Assembly (NCBI GenBank): GCA_964016885.1
Contig: OZ024743.1
Span: 326,740,001-326,804,000, forward strand
Reading direction: 5' to 3'
Source: Eledone cirrhosa
Taxonomy: Eukaryota
DNA length: 64,000 nucleotides
Part shown: positions 1 to 14,051 of the stretch, in pieces
Numbering within the stretch: position 1 is the first letter of the stretch
Layout of the letters: the number at the start of each line of letters is the position of its first letter
Translations under genes and position numbers: made by a program
The notes under the pieces: generated by a model
Told to the model about the DNA's origin: nothing
The model's input: the letters and a program-made list of their open reading frames with translations, nothing else
Database searches by the model: none

Positions 1-261
1 TCAGCACTACCACTTTACAGAGTGTACTGGATGTATTTTATCATGGCACCAAATATATAAGCAAGGATAGGCATGGATATGTAAGAGACATGTTAGTTAC
101 AGGTTTGATGGCTTATAATGTTGGTCAAACCTAGCTACAGCCACTTCATTTCTCTCCAGCTGCCATATATCCTCTACATTTACCACCCATGTCTCACTGC
201 CAAAATACAAAATAGCAAAAATATTGATTTGAGTAGGGAGAAAAAGTAACAACTGACTTAC

Positions 262-385
262 CAGGTGGTTCACTAAAAACCTTTTTTGTACGTCTTGGTG
301 GTTTAGTGACCGTTTCACGGTTAGCTTTAGTACACAAAACACTGAGAATCTTGGGGCAGACTACCACACCTTTATAGCCATGAAG
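262..385 (-). CDS. CIROP: CIROP-like coding exon 14 (gene continues beyond window edge)
   Basis: 124 nt, phase 0->1; LHGYKGVVVCPKILSVLC... (M8 C-terminal GY.G...CP....C); GTAAGT donor. Confidence 0.88.
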
Positions 386-2367
386 CTGAAAGAAAGAAAA
401 GTAAAAATATATTAAGTGGGATTTTAGATGGAATCTCATTAATGATGGCTTTCTCAAAATAAAACTACAAAAATTGATTGTTTCTGTGTATGACCTAATG
501 GTTAAGGAGTTTGCTTCATAAAGTTCCAAGTTCAATCCCACTGCGTGGCATCTTGGACAAGAGTTATTTACTATAGTCTCAAGTTCACTCATACCTTTTG
601 AGTGAAATCAGGTAGATGGAAACTGTTTTGAAGCCCATCAAATGGACCATATATGTAATTCAAAGGGCCAGCCTTGTCACACACTGAATCTCCCTGAGAA
701 TTTCATCAAGGGTACACGTGTTTAGTCACTCACCAACACACTCTAACCTCTGGCCCCCAGATGTGCTGTCTCCTCAGTTTGCTACTAATACTGTAGCCCC
801 TGCTTCTTAGAATTGGTTAGTCTTCTGCCATTTCTACTTAGACATATTCTTCTCTCATCACCCATATTGTATCTATCCAACCCAACCTCCAACCAACCTA
901 GGCCCCACACAACCCAGGCCTCACACAACACAGGCCCCACACAACACAAGCCCCACACAAATACCAAATCCATTTCTCCAGAATGTAATCCTTCTGGAAT
1001 CCCCTGTCTGACTATGATTTTCCTCCAGTTGTTAAAGAAAAGAACATAGGAGGCATCAATTTCCTCAGTCTCTGATGGCACAGCCCCTCTTTCCAGACTA
1101 ATCATTAGATCAAAAATATTATGGTTGAGTACACTTGAGTTAATAAAGCTGTTAAATGATGACAACAACAATAATCCTATTATTATCACCATTAGTTCTG
1201 GTGCCACGATAAAATGTACCCGCTACCCTGTAAGGGTAGATATTTCTGCAGGAGTCACAATAAAATATTCCGAGTTCACATTGTCAAGTAGTTGGTGTTA
1301 GGAAGGGCATCCAGCAAGAGAAACTAAGTCAAAAATGAAACATAAGCAAGATAATAATAATAATGAAATTATTGTGTAAAGTGCTCAGGTACACCACAAC
1401 TCGTCAATATAGTACATAGAATAATACACAAATATCAGGGAAGTACATGTGTGTATGTGTTAGCTGTAGTGTTGGCGGATCTCGGGAAGCAAGGAGGCTT
1501 TAAAGATGCAGTCACCTGTCTAACCTCAGAACAAAACAACCCATCTAAACTATGCAAGCATGGAAAATATTGTATATGCCAGCATACAAGTTGACATTTG
1601 GAGCCTAAAAATATCTCTCCAAAACCAGGGGCAACTTGTCCGCCGAATATAAAATGTGAACCTTTACCACTGAGGGGTAAACAGTGAAACTGCCTGCCTA
1701 ACACTCATTGTACACCACTTACCATAACTCTAGCAGCCCACCACAATTATTTCGTACTGAATCTCATATTTGTTAAGTCTATTTAACATAGAGATTATAA
1801 TAATATCAATGACTTGTCGTAGCTCATAGGGTAGGTTACCATAGGGTAGGTTACCATAGGTTCGTTAAGGTTAGGCTAGGCTGGTTTACTCAGTAAGTTA
1901 GAACTAACTTGCGACCAAAGTGTTTTAGAAGAAGTGTCTTAGAATTGTCTAAGCTATCAGAAAAACAATGGTAATTTCACCACAAAACAAAACTAGCCGA
2001 AAGTAAAAATGTATCGCAATGTAAACCTGCCATTCACATCTGTTGGTGCGCCTTAACATTCGCTATGATTTTTGCAGTCAACCATACTTATTTTACAACT
2101 ATTTAGTATTTATTTCCATATTATATATTTTGTGCAAATAAAGAACAACAAGTGCATCTAGGGTTGGGGAGATGCCTTACTTTTTGGGGGTCGTCTTATC
2201 TAGCAAATATAGGCCTAAACCTGAATTACACCTCAGAATTTTAGGGGTCGACCTATGCGCTGGATCGACTTGTACATAGGTATATACTGTAGATATTAGA
2301 TAGTGATGATGATTATTATCATTATCATCATCATCATAATAAGACTATTTAAATCAATATAACTTAC

Positions 2368-2490
2368 AGTGATAGTTTTGCCAGCAGGGCATGATTTCCA
2401 TTTGGTGTCTCTAACACGAATGTCAATTTTGTGCCTTCCTCGACATCGATATTCATAACACATACCTTTCATTTCATATTCAGATGAAAT
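2368..2490 (-). CDS. CIROP: CIROP-like coding exon 13
   Basis: 123 nt, phase 0->0; ISSEYEMKGMCYEYRCRGRHKIDIRVRDTKWKSCPAGKTIT. Confidence 0.9.
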
Positions 2491-2809
2491 CTAAGAAATA
2501 AAAGAATAAATAAAATAAATCATCTTCATCATCGTTTAACGTCCATTTTCCACGCTAACAAATTCTCAACAAAATAGATATTTCTTTTTTGTCAACAAAG
2601 TTTGTATTTTTTTTATTAGTTGGTACTCTTTCTCTCACAACATCTAATAACAAACATTTTCATTACCATAATTCTAATGAAAAACACTGCCTACAATTGT
2701 CAATTAATTTTGAAAATTCTAAATTTTTGGCAGGATTTAGTAATACAACTAACTTTTTCATTATTATATTGGTGTTTGGAACATAATTTAACTAAGATTT
2801 TTTACATTT

Positions 2810-3750
2810 AAGATAAATTAACTACAAAAAGTTTCTCCCTTAAGATAAAAGGCAAGTTGTATGATGCCTGTGTACGAACAGCAATGCTACATGGAAGTGA
2901 AACCTGGGCACAGTGAGCTAAGGATCTATGTAAATTGGGAAGAAATGAAACTTGCATGTTCCAATGGATGTGTAATAGTAGTGTGCATGAACGGCAAAAT
3001 GTAAATGAATTGAGAATGAAACTGAGCATAAGAGGAATCAAATGCTGTGTGCAGGAGAGAAGACTGCAGTGGTATGGACATGTGATGCACATGAAGGATG
3101 ACAGCTGTATAAAAAGGTGCAGAGCACTTGCAGCTGTAGGATGCCTCAGAAGAGGAAGACCTAGGAAGATGTGGGATGAAATGATAAAGGTTGACCTGGC
3201 ACAGCTGAACCTCTTAATGGAGATGACACAGGACTGAGACATCTGGTGCTACTACGTACAACAGAAAACCCAAGCCAACAAACCAGTCCAGCCTACTCTG
3301 TAAGCATAATTTGTGATTAGGAAGGGCATCTAGTCACCATATAACCCAGCCAAAACACAGTTGTACCATAAGCAAGGTACAGCAGGGCCAACACAGTAAA
3401 CGTGGTTGGTGTTAGGAAAGGCATCTAGCAACCATAAATACCCAGCCAAAACATGGTCCCACTGGCCAGACTTTCTCATAAGTGGGACCATCCAATCCCA
3501 CATTGTAAACGTGGTTGGTGTTAGGGAGGGCATCCAGCAGCAGTATAACTCCAGCCAAAACACAGGTCCTGCTATGAACAAGGTACAGTGCTGTCAACTG
3601 GCCAGACTCTCCTCATAAAGAAACCACTCAGTTCCACATTGTAAATGTAGTTGGTGTTAAGAAGGGCATCCAGCTATTAAAAAAAAACAGCCAAAATACA
3701 GTTTTCTTTCAGCAAGGTACGGTGTGGCCAACTGACCACACTTGCCTCAT
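2810..3750 (+). mobile_element. RTE LINE 3' fragment with a repeated 3' module
   Basis: ...[18 protein letters not shown]...RRLQWYGHVM...RGRPRK.W; followed by four modules containing GGTGTTAGGAAGGGCATC-like motifs (~3313, 3408, 3517, 3653). Confidence 0.8.
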
Positions 3751-3861
3751 AATGATGATCATAAACACTTTTAAACAAAGTTATGTATTGTAGAAATATG
3801 AACGGTTTCCAACAGCTTGGTATCAAAAGGGTTAACATGTTTGGAAGCACTTTAAGTATCA

Positions 3862-5345
3862 TGGCCCCTTTACGTGGATGATGCCATGTTGGGTGGGCCC
3901 GTAGAGACTGTCTGCCATGACCTGTGATAGGTGGTTCCTGCTCTGGTGAGAATCGGCCTCAAGATCAACTTATCCAAGTTGGAGGTGGTGATTGTCAACC
4001 TCGACAGAGGGCCTTTCAGCCACCATCTAAGACGTGCGATCCATTCTCCGCCAGGTGCAGGTGACCCTGAAAGTGGATGTCGTCAGCCTCGGGTTACTGA
4101 TCCTGTTGCCGGCCATCTGCTCCATCATCAGGTCAGGCTCCAGCAGTTCATGACCCTCACAGGCAGACTGGGCATGATTGATTACCATCCAGCCCTCTTC
4201 CTGTTCAGGAACTGCTTCGCCATGCCAAAGCTCCTCTACACACTTCATAGCATTCCTTGCTATAGTCACACATCTCTCCTCGCTGACCTCGACACATGTA
4301 TCCAAGCAGCAGCTGAGGAGATATGCAACGTCAGGTTTGACAACTTTGGACAGCAACAAGCCACCTTACCCGTTAGAAATGGTGGACTTGGTCTCCAGTC
4401 TCGCTGAATTTGCCGGCGTTTCTTTTGTTGTTAACCTCTTGCCACATCTTTATCAACAGGGTTCTCCACAACACAATGGAACCCACTGTGATCAAGGAAC
4501 ATGAAGCCGCCTACAAGACTTGGAACCGGCTCGGACTCCGTCTAGTAGACGTCCCTTCTCCGCTTTCCCTTGTTGACATTAAATCCCCCCAGAGCATATG
4601 GGATGCCATCCAGTGCAACAGGGCCTTGGAAAGGCTAGCGCCTCAGTTCAACCAACACCACTTCGCATGCTTTTGCTTGGCCTCACAAACCCACAGCGGT
4701 GCCTGGCTCAATGCCTTACCCTCCTTTTCAACTGGCATGCAGCTAGTTAATGATAGCCTGAGAATTGGGGCTTTCCTGAGGCTCTGCCTCCGGATCTGTG
4801 AGCCACACAAATGTTGCTGCGGATCCAGCATAAACTCTTTCGGCCTCCACCTGTTGTCCTGCCGCTACAGCGCTGGCTGCCTTTCATGCCATGCAGTTCT
4901 CAACACGGTCATAAAGCATGGTTTGGATGCTGCAGGTTTCCCCTCCCAGCTTGAGCCAGCAGGGCTTGCAAAAGGCTAGACAGCATAACCATCTTTGCAC
5001 TCTGCAGTGATAAACCCCTCATCTGGGATGCTACATGCAATGACACATTCTCCAGCGGCAGCCTGGTACAGTCTGCGACAAACCCAGGCTCTGCTGCACT
5101 TCGAGCTGAAGAGGGTAAACTCTCCAAATATCAGTCACTCTCCAACAGGTTTGCAGTCGAGCCCGTAGCAGTGGAGATTTCTGGTGTCCTTACCCTAGGG
5201 CCACCTCCTTACTCACCACCATCAGCACAGAGTTGGCTACCCGCAGGTATAAGCCTCGTGAGCTGGAATGGTTCTTCGAGCATATCTCTCTCACCATTCT
5301 CCGGGGAAACGCCTTCTCTATTCTGTCTGCCGGGGCCGCAGGGCG
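3862..5345 (+). mobile_element. Degenerate 5'-truncated CRE-clade non-LTR retrotransposon (RT plus REL endonuclease)
   Basis: YVDD..LGGP, GLKIN.SK, QATLPVRNGGLGL, AWLNALP, C.CG...G.H.LSC zinc knuckle, WDATC.DT, ISL.I.RGNA; frameshifts and stops present. Confidence 0.85.
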
Positions 5346-6753
5346 ACCAGTCAGCTGGGACCACAGCGTGACCAGTCAGCCGGAGCCGCAGGGCAGTCAG
5401 CACATGGGCCCTCATTTGCTCATAATAGTGAGAGATGGGGAGAGTGGGAGAGACGGAGGCAGTGACAGTGGGAGTTTGGTTTCTTTGTGTTCGGAGCTGG
5501 TGTATATGTATGTTTCACAGACACACACATTAATATATATAATTAGTTCTAACCTATCTTCAACTTTTGTTTTATTTTCATTGTTCAATATACACACTTT
5601 AAGTATAACTTCTTAACTACTTAACCTCACAGCCATGAATATTTTAATACAGATGTTTCAGAAATTGATACTTTAAGTGTCAATACACTTTAAGTATCAA
5701 CTTCTTAATATTTTAATCTATGTCTTATCTAGTAGTTCCCTAAACTTCTTCCATCCTGTCCTTATTCTAGCTATGCTCTCTAAGCACCCTCCTCCACTGC
5801 TAATTATATCACCTAGATAGCAGAGGGATTTGAACTCAAAAGACAAAGTGCTGAAACAAATGCTGCAAGGTACTTAATTTGATACTCTAACAACTCTGCT
5901 AAATCTTCCACCCTAGACTGATACTTCCCTGAACATATAGAAGGATGAAAGATAATGTGGGACTCAGTGAGATTTGAACTCCAATCACAGAGGGCAGGAA
6001 CAAATACTGCAAGACATCCTGTTGTATGCTCTAACATCTCTCAACAGAACACTTATTGATATATATAAAATAATTAATAATTTTAGTAAAGCCATCAAAA
6101 TTCTTCATTAATTAAATGAAATAGAGTGTATTTTATTAGAAATATGGTCATGAAAGGGTTAAGCTGACAAATTACTCATCAATTTTTTAGTGCTACTATT
6201 GCTTACAAGAATGTGTTGTTCCTAACTTCTCATACCTTATTTATAGCAAGACAGACTATGACATTTCAGAAGCAGCATGGCTAAATGGTTAAGGAATTCA
6301 CTTCACAATCATTAGGTCCCAAATTCAATCCCACTGCATAATAACTTGAGCAAGTGTCATTAACCATAGCCTCAGATTGCCCCATCCCTTGTGAGTGAAA
6401 TTAAGTAGATGGAATCAGTTTGGAAGCCTATCGGATAGACTCTACATGTAATTCAAAGGGTCAACCTTGTCATGCACTATGTCTCATTGAATCTCCCTCA
6501 GATTATGATACACTTGTCTGTGGAATTCTTAGACATTTACAGATTAATTTCATGAGCAGATTGTTCTGTTGATCAAATAACTGAAACAGTCATATTGAAA
6601 CTGATGGCAGCCAATATTCACTATGATTATAATGCAATAGCAATGAGAGAACACATACCAAATGTTAACCACTTAGCTGGTAGTCTCAAACTCCTTCAAA
6701 TCAACTAGCTACCTATACTGAAAAATGAATATAGAAACTTAGTCTTTACATAC

Positions 6754-6849
6754 ATCAGCAGTGAGATTTGAGTAAAAACATCGACTTCGGTGTGAAAATA
6801 TTTCTCCATGGGCTTTCAGTGAAGTTTTATCTGGTATGGAACAGCGATT
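6754..6849 (-). CDS. CIROP: CIROP-like coding exon 12
   Basis: 96 nt, phase 0->0; NRCSIPDKTSLKAHGEIFSHRSRCFYSNLTAD (cf. HGEIY...SRCF..NLT). Confidence 0.92.
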
Positions 6850-7688
6850 CTGTTTTTAAAAAAAATACACAGTTACATATAATAGTTATTTCTGAAACAG
6901 ATTTTAATAGTTTAGCAAAGATTGGAACTATTAACTCTTAATATTCTGTAATGTTTTAGCAGAGAATAACTAAAGAAAAAAAATAGGTTTGTTAATTCAA
7001 GTGTTTATAGTATCTTTACTAATGGACATATTTTTGTACCAGTTTAGTACTGAGGTCAATTCTTCCTCTATATCTCTTTCTCACTTCCTTTCTCCCACTC
7101 TTTATCCTTCTCTGGAAGAAATCCGTTGTATTCAAACCTGGAAAAGAGATGGGCTTCGCCAGCTTTAAAATGCCCTTGAAACACCATATGTGGAAAGAAA
7201 TATTATTCTAAACACTTCAAAACATAATACATATTTGCAAAAAAGTAGAATTATAATATAGATTGTATATATATATATATATATATATATTTCATTTTGC
7301 CAGTGTAATGAAGAAACGATCAGCGTTTCTAACTCTTGTAGAACCAACTGTAATAAAATACACATTGTCTGCTTTATTTAACATGAGAGAGAGAAAGAGT
7401 TAAAGAATGCAGACACACGTGCACACGCACTCATTCATGCACATGCACACATTCATGCACACACACACGTATATATAAAGAAAGGGGGAGAGTTAAAGGG
7501 TGAGCATCTCTCTCACTCCACCTCCCCCACTCTCTCTCTCTTTCACTCACTCCACCTCCCCTTCTCTCTAACTAACTAAAGCATAACACTCAAACAAACA
7601 AACACAAGCAGTATTATAATATAAATGTATGAAGCAATAAAAAGAATTCAAAAAGGCAAAATTTTTAGTGAGTGACAAAAGATCATAC

Positions 7689-7782
7689 CTCTGCTTTACT
7701 TTGGAATATTCCACATGGTTCCAAAAAGATTCCACTTTGGCATGTAGCTTTGTCTTTATGCAGGAAATGACAGCCTTCTTCA
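7689..7782 (-). CDS. CIROP: CIROP-like coding exon 11
   Basis: 94 nt, phase 2->0; SEEGCHFLHKDKATCQSGIFLEPCGIFQSKAE (cf. recalled CIROP GCHYLHLDKGSC). Confidence 0.92.
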
Positions 7783-9049
7783 CTAGAACAATAAAAAAAA
7801 AAGCTACTTAAATATCATTACATATGTAGATGTTTAGTAAACTGTTCAGATGTGTATACCATGGAGCGATATGAGTTCTGTTTCAAGCATCCCCCTTGTT
7901 TGGAGAAAACACTTTAACTGAATCTTGCTGATGCAAGCTACAACCATTTTCTTCTGACCATGGTTTATAATTTCTGTCTAATATATAGCTCTATATATAC
8001 ATTGCTAAGTCATCATTATTAACATCATCATAATCATTTAATGTCTGTTTTGGACAGGGTGTCACAAACCAAAGTCAACACTTAATCAGGGCTACTGACC
8101 TCTCAGATGATCCAGTGGGGTCCACATCTCACATATGTTCCTGCATTCTACAGAGTGTACTGGGTGTATTCAATTGTGGCACCAGCACAAGGGAGATTGT
8201 CATTTTTGACACAAGTGAAAAGTCCTCTTTCCCCTCTATTTGGCAAATTCTCTATGGCTGGATGCCCTTCCTATCACCAACACCTATACAAAGTGCAATA
8301 AGTGCATTTATCATGTCACCAACACTAGAAAGGTTGCTATGCCCTTGACACAACTGAAGAGTCCTCTCAACCCTTTGTTTGGCATACTTTCTATAGCTGG
8401 ATTCTCTTCCTATCAGTATGGGTATACTGAGTGCATTTTATCCTGTCGTTAACACTAGAGAAGTTATCATGCCCTTAACATAAGTGAAGAGTTCTCTCAA
8501 CAAATTCACACAAGGCAATATACTTTAATATTGTTTGTTCACATCTTGCAGTGTCTTCTACATAGTATTCTGCTAAGCAAGATATATTACACACAGTGCA
8601 TCAGTCAACTTAACAGAAAAATAATTGGTTTTTCATGGCTTGAGATAACCAAGGCTAATCAGAAACAGTGGTATGGGTAGCACTGAGAAGGATATATAAC
8701 TGTTTAAAAGAAAAATACTGTTCATCTCCCTGAAACCCCATTCTTCTCTATGTCTTCCCCTCTAACAACTAAACTTCCAAAAACATCAAGCTATTAATCA
8801 AAGTTATCCAGATGAGCCCATCCTGTGATTTTTGAGATAGCATGATCTGATTTTAAGAATATTTGGCTGCTATATCTAGCATGCCATGTGACTATGTTAA
8901 GGCTCATTTATTGACTCAAAAACAGTGGCATTATGAAGAATAGACCTCCATTGATTTCAACAAAGAGTGTTCCAGTAGTTCAATCAATGATACAGCCTGC
9001 TCTTGAAATTGATGTGCTTAGGCATGAGTTTCTTTTTATCGCTAAACTC

Positions 9050-9440
9050 CGCCAATTGCAGATTGCGCATCAACATAAGATATTTTTCTCCACAAAGTTT
9101 GATCACCAACAGCAGAGTTTAAAGAACTAAGGTCAAGTCCAGTCCATAAGTTGACATTGTCAAGCCATCATTTTGGCTACCAACCTCTGCTTCTCTTACC
9201 AGCCAACTTTTTTTTAGGCATAACCTACTCACATCACAAGTTGATCTTTTGATATGACCATACAGTTTGAGCACTCATGACCTGTGATTGGTCTAAGCCT
9301 GGTGATGTTGAGCAGCTCACTGATACGGATACTGTTGTTGAGCTGCTTGCCAGTCATAAGTCACATGATGTGGTTCTGAAATGTAGAGAGCTTCTGAAGT
9401 GACTTTGTCATCCAATTAACACAGTCAAGACCATATAACA
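9050..9440 (-). mobile_element. Decayed LINE 3' fragment (RTE-like)
   Basis: Minus strand LYGLDC...KLSTFQNHIM..MTG...IRI.ELL..T.L.PI with stops. Confidence 0.45.
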
Positions 9441-10061
9441 CAACTGGTAGGATGTAAGTATCGAAGGTCTTAGCCTTCAAATGATATAATATAATTCTAT
9501 GCTAGCGTGGAAAGACATTGTAAAATGATGATGATCATCATCATTCAACTTGCCACAATAAATTACAAATACAGTCATTCTGACAGAATTCTAAACAGTT
9601 TCTCGCTACCTAATTTCACTCATAAGGCATGGGTTGACCCAAGGCTTTGGCAAATGACACTTGCCCAAGATGCCATGCAGTAGGATCAAACTCAGGACTT
9701 AATGATTGCAAAGTGAAGTTTTTAACCTTTTAGCCATACTGTCTCCATGGTATTATAAAGAATGAAGAATGAAAAACACTTTCCATAATGAAATCTATCT
9801 ATAGAATTGGCAGAACAGTAACAATATATAAAAGTAATGAACTATTAGCTACATAGAATGTTTGATTCTACTGTTTAGCACCCTGTGCAAATGTGCAAAT
9901 GTCATTTGGGTCAACCCATGCTTGTGAGTAAAAGGTAGACAGAAACTGTTTGGAAGCCCATCAGATGGACAGTAAATGTAATTGAAAGGGAAAGCTTTGT
10001 CACACACTGTATCACATAGAATGTCTTAAAAGAATAACTTAGAGAATATGAAAACATTTAC

Positions 10062-10128
10062 CTGCCAGAACAAAAGAACTCTGTATTATTTATACATGTT
10101 TCAGAAAGACCAAATTTACAACCAGCAC
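10062..10128 (-). CDS. CIROP: CIROP-like coding exon 10
   Basis: 67 nt, phase 1->2; GAGCKFGLSETCINNTEFFCSG. Confidence 0.9.
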
Positions 10129-10169
10129 CTGAAATATAAAATACAAGTCAAAATTAAACTTTATCTATC

Positions 10170-10270
10170 GATAGGTTCAACTGATTACTTATTGATAGGT
10201 TCAACTGATTACTTATTGATAGGTTCAACTGATTACTTATTGATCAGTTCAACTGATTACTTATTGATCT
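10170..10270. repeat. 24-bp minisatellite x4
   Basis: Unit ATAGGTTCAACTGATTACTTATTG. Confidence 0.9.
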
Positions 10271-10797
10271 GAACTGTTTATTCTTCTTCTATCATAAGAC
10301 ACACAGTTCCTGAATCTTTACATAATGATGACATATTTTGTATTGCTTTTGGTACAATGCTATGCCTCATGCAAATATGAAGTCATAATTTATGAGCTGA
10401 TAGTTCAACTTACTTTTAAACTCATCCATCTCCTTTTTTAACAATATTATCAAAGCTTGCGTAGGTTATATGGATCCTTTCTAGTACAGCCTCCCTCCAT
10501 TCATAGCATTATTTTGTCATCATCTCAGTGAGGTTCAGCATTTTGAGATCAGCTCTAACTACTTATGCCCAGTTTTTCTCTCAGTTCATCCATGCCCTAT
10601 CATTCATGCACACTAACATTATACATCCAATGTAGCATGCACATTTCATTTCTCTCCAAACTCTGTATATCCTCTACATTTACCACCCATTTCTCACTGA
10701 TGTTTAATGGAGAAATACAAATAGGAAGGGAAGGCATAAAAATGAAATTATCATCCACATAAAAACAGAGATTTAAAATAAAATTCAAATTATTTAC

Positions 10798-10900
10798 CTT
10801 TACCCCAAAGAAATTTATCTGAGGCAGCATAATTAACCTTGTACCATCCACTGGATTCAAAAACAGCTAAAGTGATTGGATCTATGACAGTCTGATGAGA
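10798..10900 (-). CDS. CIROP: CIROP-like coding exon 9
   Basis: 103 nt, phase 0->1; SHQTVIDPITLAVFESSGWYKVNYAASDKFLWGK; DPITLA.F..SGWY.VN is close to recalled human CIROP. Confidence 0.95.
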
Positions 10901-12606
10901 CTGCAAAGAAATAAAACAATTATAAACATTAATATTAATATAAATATTTATAAAACATAAATATGAAAATTTATTCCACCCCCTTTTTTTTCTTTTTTAT
11001 CACTGTATATATATGTTTAAATATTTGTGAAGTTTACAAAATATAAACAGAGCTATATATAAATCATCATCATCACGATTTAACATCTTATTTTCCATGC
11101 TTGCGTCAGATAGGTCGTCCACGTTATGAGGCAAGTCTGGCCAGTTGGCCATGCCAAATCTTACTCAAATGGAATATTAATCTTTAAAGTTTTCAAAAGA
11201 TTGATTAGCAAATATTGATGTGGTCAAGTGGAATCTAAATTCAAATTATAATTGTTTTTTTTTTCTTTGTTTGTTTTAATATGTTTACATGTTTTTTTCC
11301 TTACTTGTGTGAAAGCCATTAAGTTGAGGTAAATTGCAAAGCCTGTGACCTTAACTTATCTCTCATAAAACCTCAATTTCACTTCACTTATCTCCCTTAA
11401 CACCCAAACATCTTACAAAAAAAAAGCGTTGGGTAACGTAATCGTGCTTACATTACTGTTAAAAATAAGACAGGATGATCACAACTGGAATATCAGAGTT
11501 TAACTGAGTCTAAAGAGCAACAATATTATCAAAACCATTACCATAGCAATTAAATATCCATGAATTCACATCCTACTGTTTTAAAAAAGAAAGGACATGC
11601 TGGATAATGTAATCCTAGATATAAAATGTCTGGAAAAAAAGACAAAATGCCTTGCTAATGATCATAGATGTGCTTCCTTCAAGTGCACTCAGACAATTTT
11701 GTTATATTACTGGGAAAGTGAATCTTGCCACATTACATAGCGTATCTAGTGAAATAGGAAGTTGCTGTAATATTGCAGGAGGAGAGAGAATCTGCATTTC
11801 AAGAAACCTCCTATCTCTCAAATAATCAGACAGTACATCCTGTAAGATCCTAAACCACCAATTAAAAAAAGAGAGAGTTATTTCCCTTGAGAAGATCAAA
11901 CATTTATTCCAAAACTCCGTAAGATTTAACTACTAAAATCTTATAATAATAGCAGAAAATATCTAAAAACAAGCTTGTTAATTCAAATGTGTTTAATAAC
12001 TTTACTAGTGGACAGATTGTTTTTAAAAAATTGCTATGAAATACAGTAAAGACTTTAATTTAAAATGTAATGGAGTCATAGTGGTGTACTGTACTTTTCA
12101 AGAATGTCTTGATAAAGTGGTTTCACGCAGTACCGGATGCTACAAGTTAATAAAAATGGAATTCCAAATCAAATATAAATATTTCAAAATGAAAGAATAA
12201 TACAAATATTTCAAGATGAAAAATTTAGTATGTCAACAAATACATCTTAGTTCAGAATAACCCTTCTTTTGTTATTGAATAATTGTTTCTACTTTAGGCA
12301 CAAGGCCAGCAATTACCCAGTGCATTACTGGTACTTTATTTTATCGAATATTATTGAATAATAACATCATGAAGACAATTACTCAGATGTTATCACATGA
12401 AAAACAATAGTTAATGTAGCAAGTATCAAAAATCTAAATAGAAATATTTATGTAGTTAGGAAAATAACAAGAATGGCTTAATGATTAATAAATATTTTAA
12501 TCAATTTGGCAAGTATGTATGTTTGGGTTTCATTAGACCTCCTCAGTGAAGTGGTGATTATTATTATTATTAACCTCTGTCTAAAATTGTGATACAAAAT
12601 ACTTAC

Positions 12607-12678
12607 CAATCCAGCTGTTGGTACCATTATGGAACTTTCCATCATCCGTTGGTCCCAGTGAGAAAGAAGCTGACCATC
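12607..12678 (-). CDS. CIROP: CIROP-like coding exon 8 (third zinc His and Met-turn)
   Basis: 72 nt, phase 0->0; DGQLLSHWDQRMMESSIMVPTAGL (SHW..R......M). Confidence 0.93.
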
Positions 12679-13861
12679 CTGAAAGTATATACAAAGAGTT
12701 CTAAATTAGATTGAAGTGAACAATGAACAATAACTAGTATAGTGATGTGAAAACAAAGAATTAGTAATTTGGGATGGGAATGGACCACCATCAGTTTCGA
12801 CGATAAGTATTCCAGTTGTTCAATCAATAAAACAGCCTGCACGTGAAGTTTATGTGCAAGTGGCTGAGCATTCCACAGATACATGTAACTTTAACCTTTT
12901 CAGGACCATATTTTTAATGACATACACTCTTTTTAATTTATTAATGAAGAATTTTGAGGGATTTATTAAAATTATTATTTCATTATTAAGATAGTAACTT
13001 AATGTAAGGTTCTTATATAAAATTATGTTGGAAGATTTTAATTTAACCCTTTAGCATTCATATTACTGTATATATACTATTATATTTCCATGGTAAATGC
13101 TTTATCTCACATAATTATCTGACATAATATCAAATCTATGAGATTTTGAAAGTATTTATTTTGAGAACAATACCTTAACATCAGTTTGAGTGACCAGTTA
13201 CAGCCAGTTTCAACAGAAAAAGGTAGAGAATTCTGGCCGGTTTTGGCCAGTTTGAACATTAAAGGGTTAAATTGGAAACCTTTAAAATGGGTGGTTTTAT
13301 TTCATAGAACGAGAACCGGGTTGGTAACTAAAGGGTAGTTCTCAGGAAGATCCAGCAAAACACAGTGTGTCAAGGCTGGTCCTTTTGAATTACAGATACA
13401 GTCTATCTGATGGGCATCTAAACAATTTCTCTACCCAATTTTCCTCACAAAGGTTGGGTCATTTGCCCAAGATGCCTCACAGTGAGATTGAACCAGGAAC
13501 CTAATAATTGTGAAGCAAACTTTTTAGCCATTCAACCACTGTGCCCACATTTCTTGCAGGTTTCATGTGGTACAGGATGTTAAGAGTTAAACCTGAAAAA
13601 AAGATAACAGAAATACAAACTTGACAAAATTATATCAATGCTTTACTAAAGAACTCAAGTTAACCATTTAGCATTTAAACTGGCTGTATCTAGCCAGAAT
13701 TCTCTCACCTCATTCTGTTCAAACCAGCTGTAACTGGCCGTTCATAATGATGTTATGTTATTGTTCTCAAAATGAATATCAAAATCTTATAGATTCGATA
13801 TTATGTGAGATAATTATGTGAAGTAAAGCTTTTACCATGAAAATATATTAGTAAATATAAT

Positions 13862-14051
13862 TGTTTCTACTTTTTGGCACAAGGCCAGCAATTATCCCAG
13901 TGTATTACTGGTACTTTATTTTATCGACCCCGTAAGGATGAAAGGCAAAGTTAACCTCGGCGGGATTTGAACTCAGTTCGTAAAAGGACATAACTGTGCT
14001 ACAAAGCATGGCGTCTGACCCTCTACCGATACTGCCAATCCACCGCCCTGG
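13862..14051 (-). mobile_element. Third SINE family (Nin/Deu-like core) with 15-bp TSD
   Basis: B box GAGTTCAAATC, core ACTTTGCCTTTCATCCTTACGGGGTCGATAAAAT; ATTAGTAAATATAAT at 13847-13861 and 14052-14066. Confidence 0.85.

Noticed and set aside
10892-10910. CTGATGA hammerhead core
   Set aside because: Antisense of CIROP exon 9, with no stem II/GAAA.
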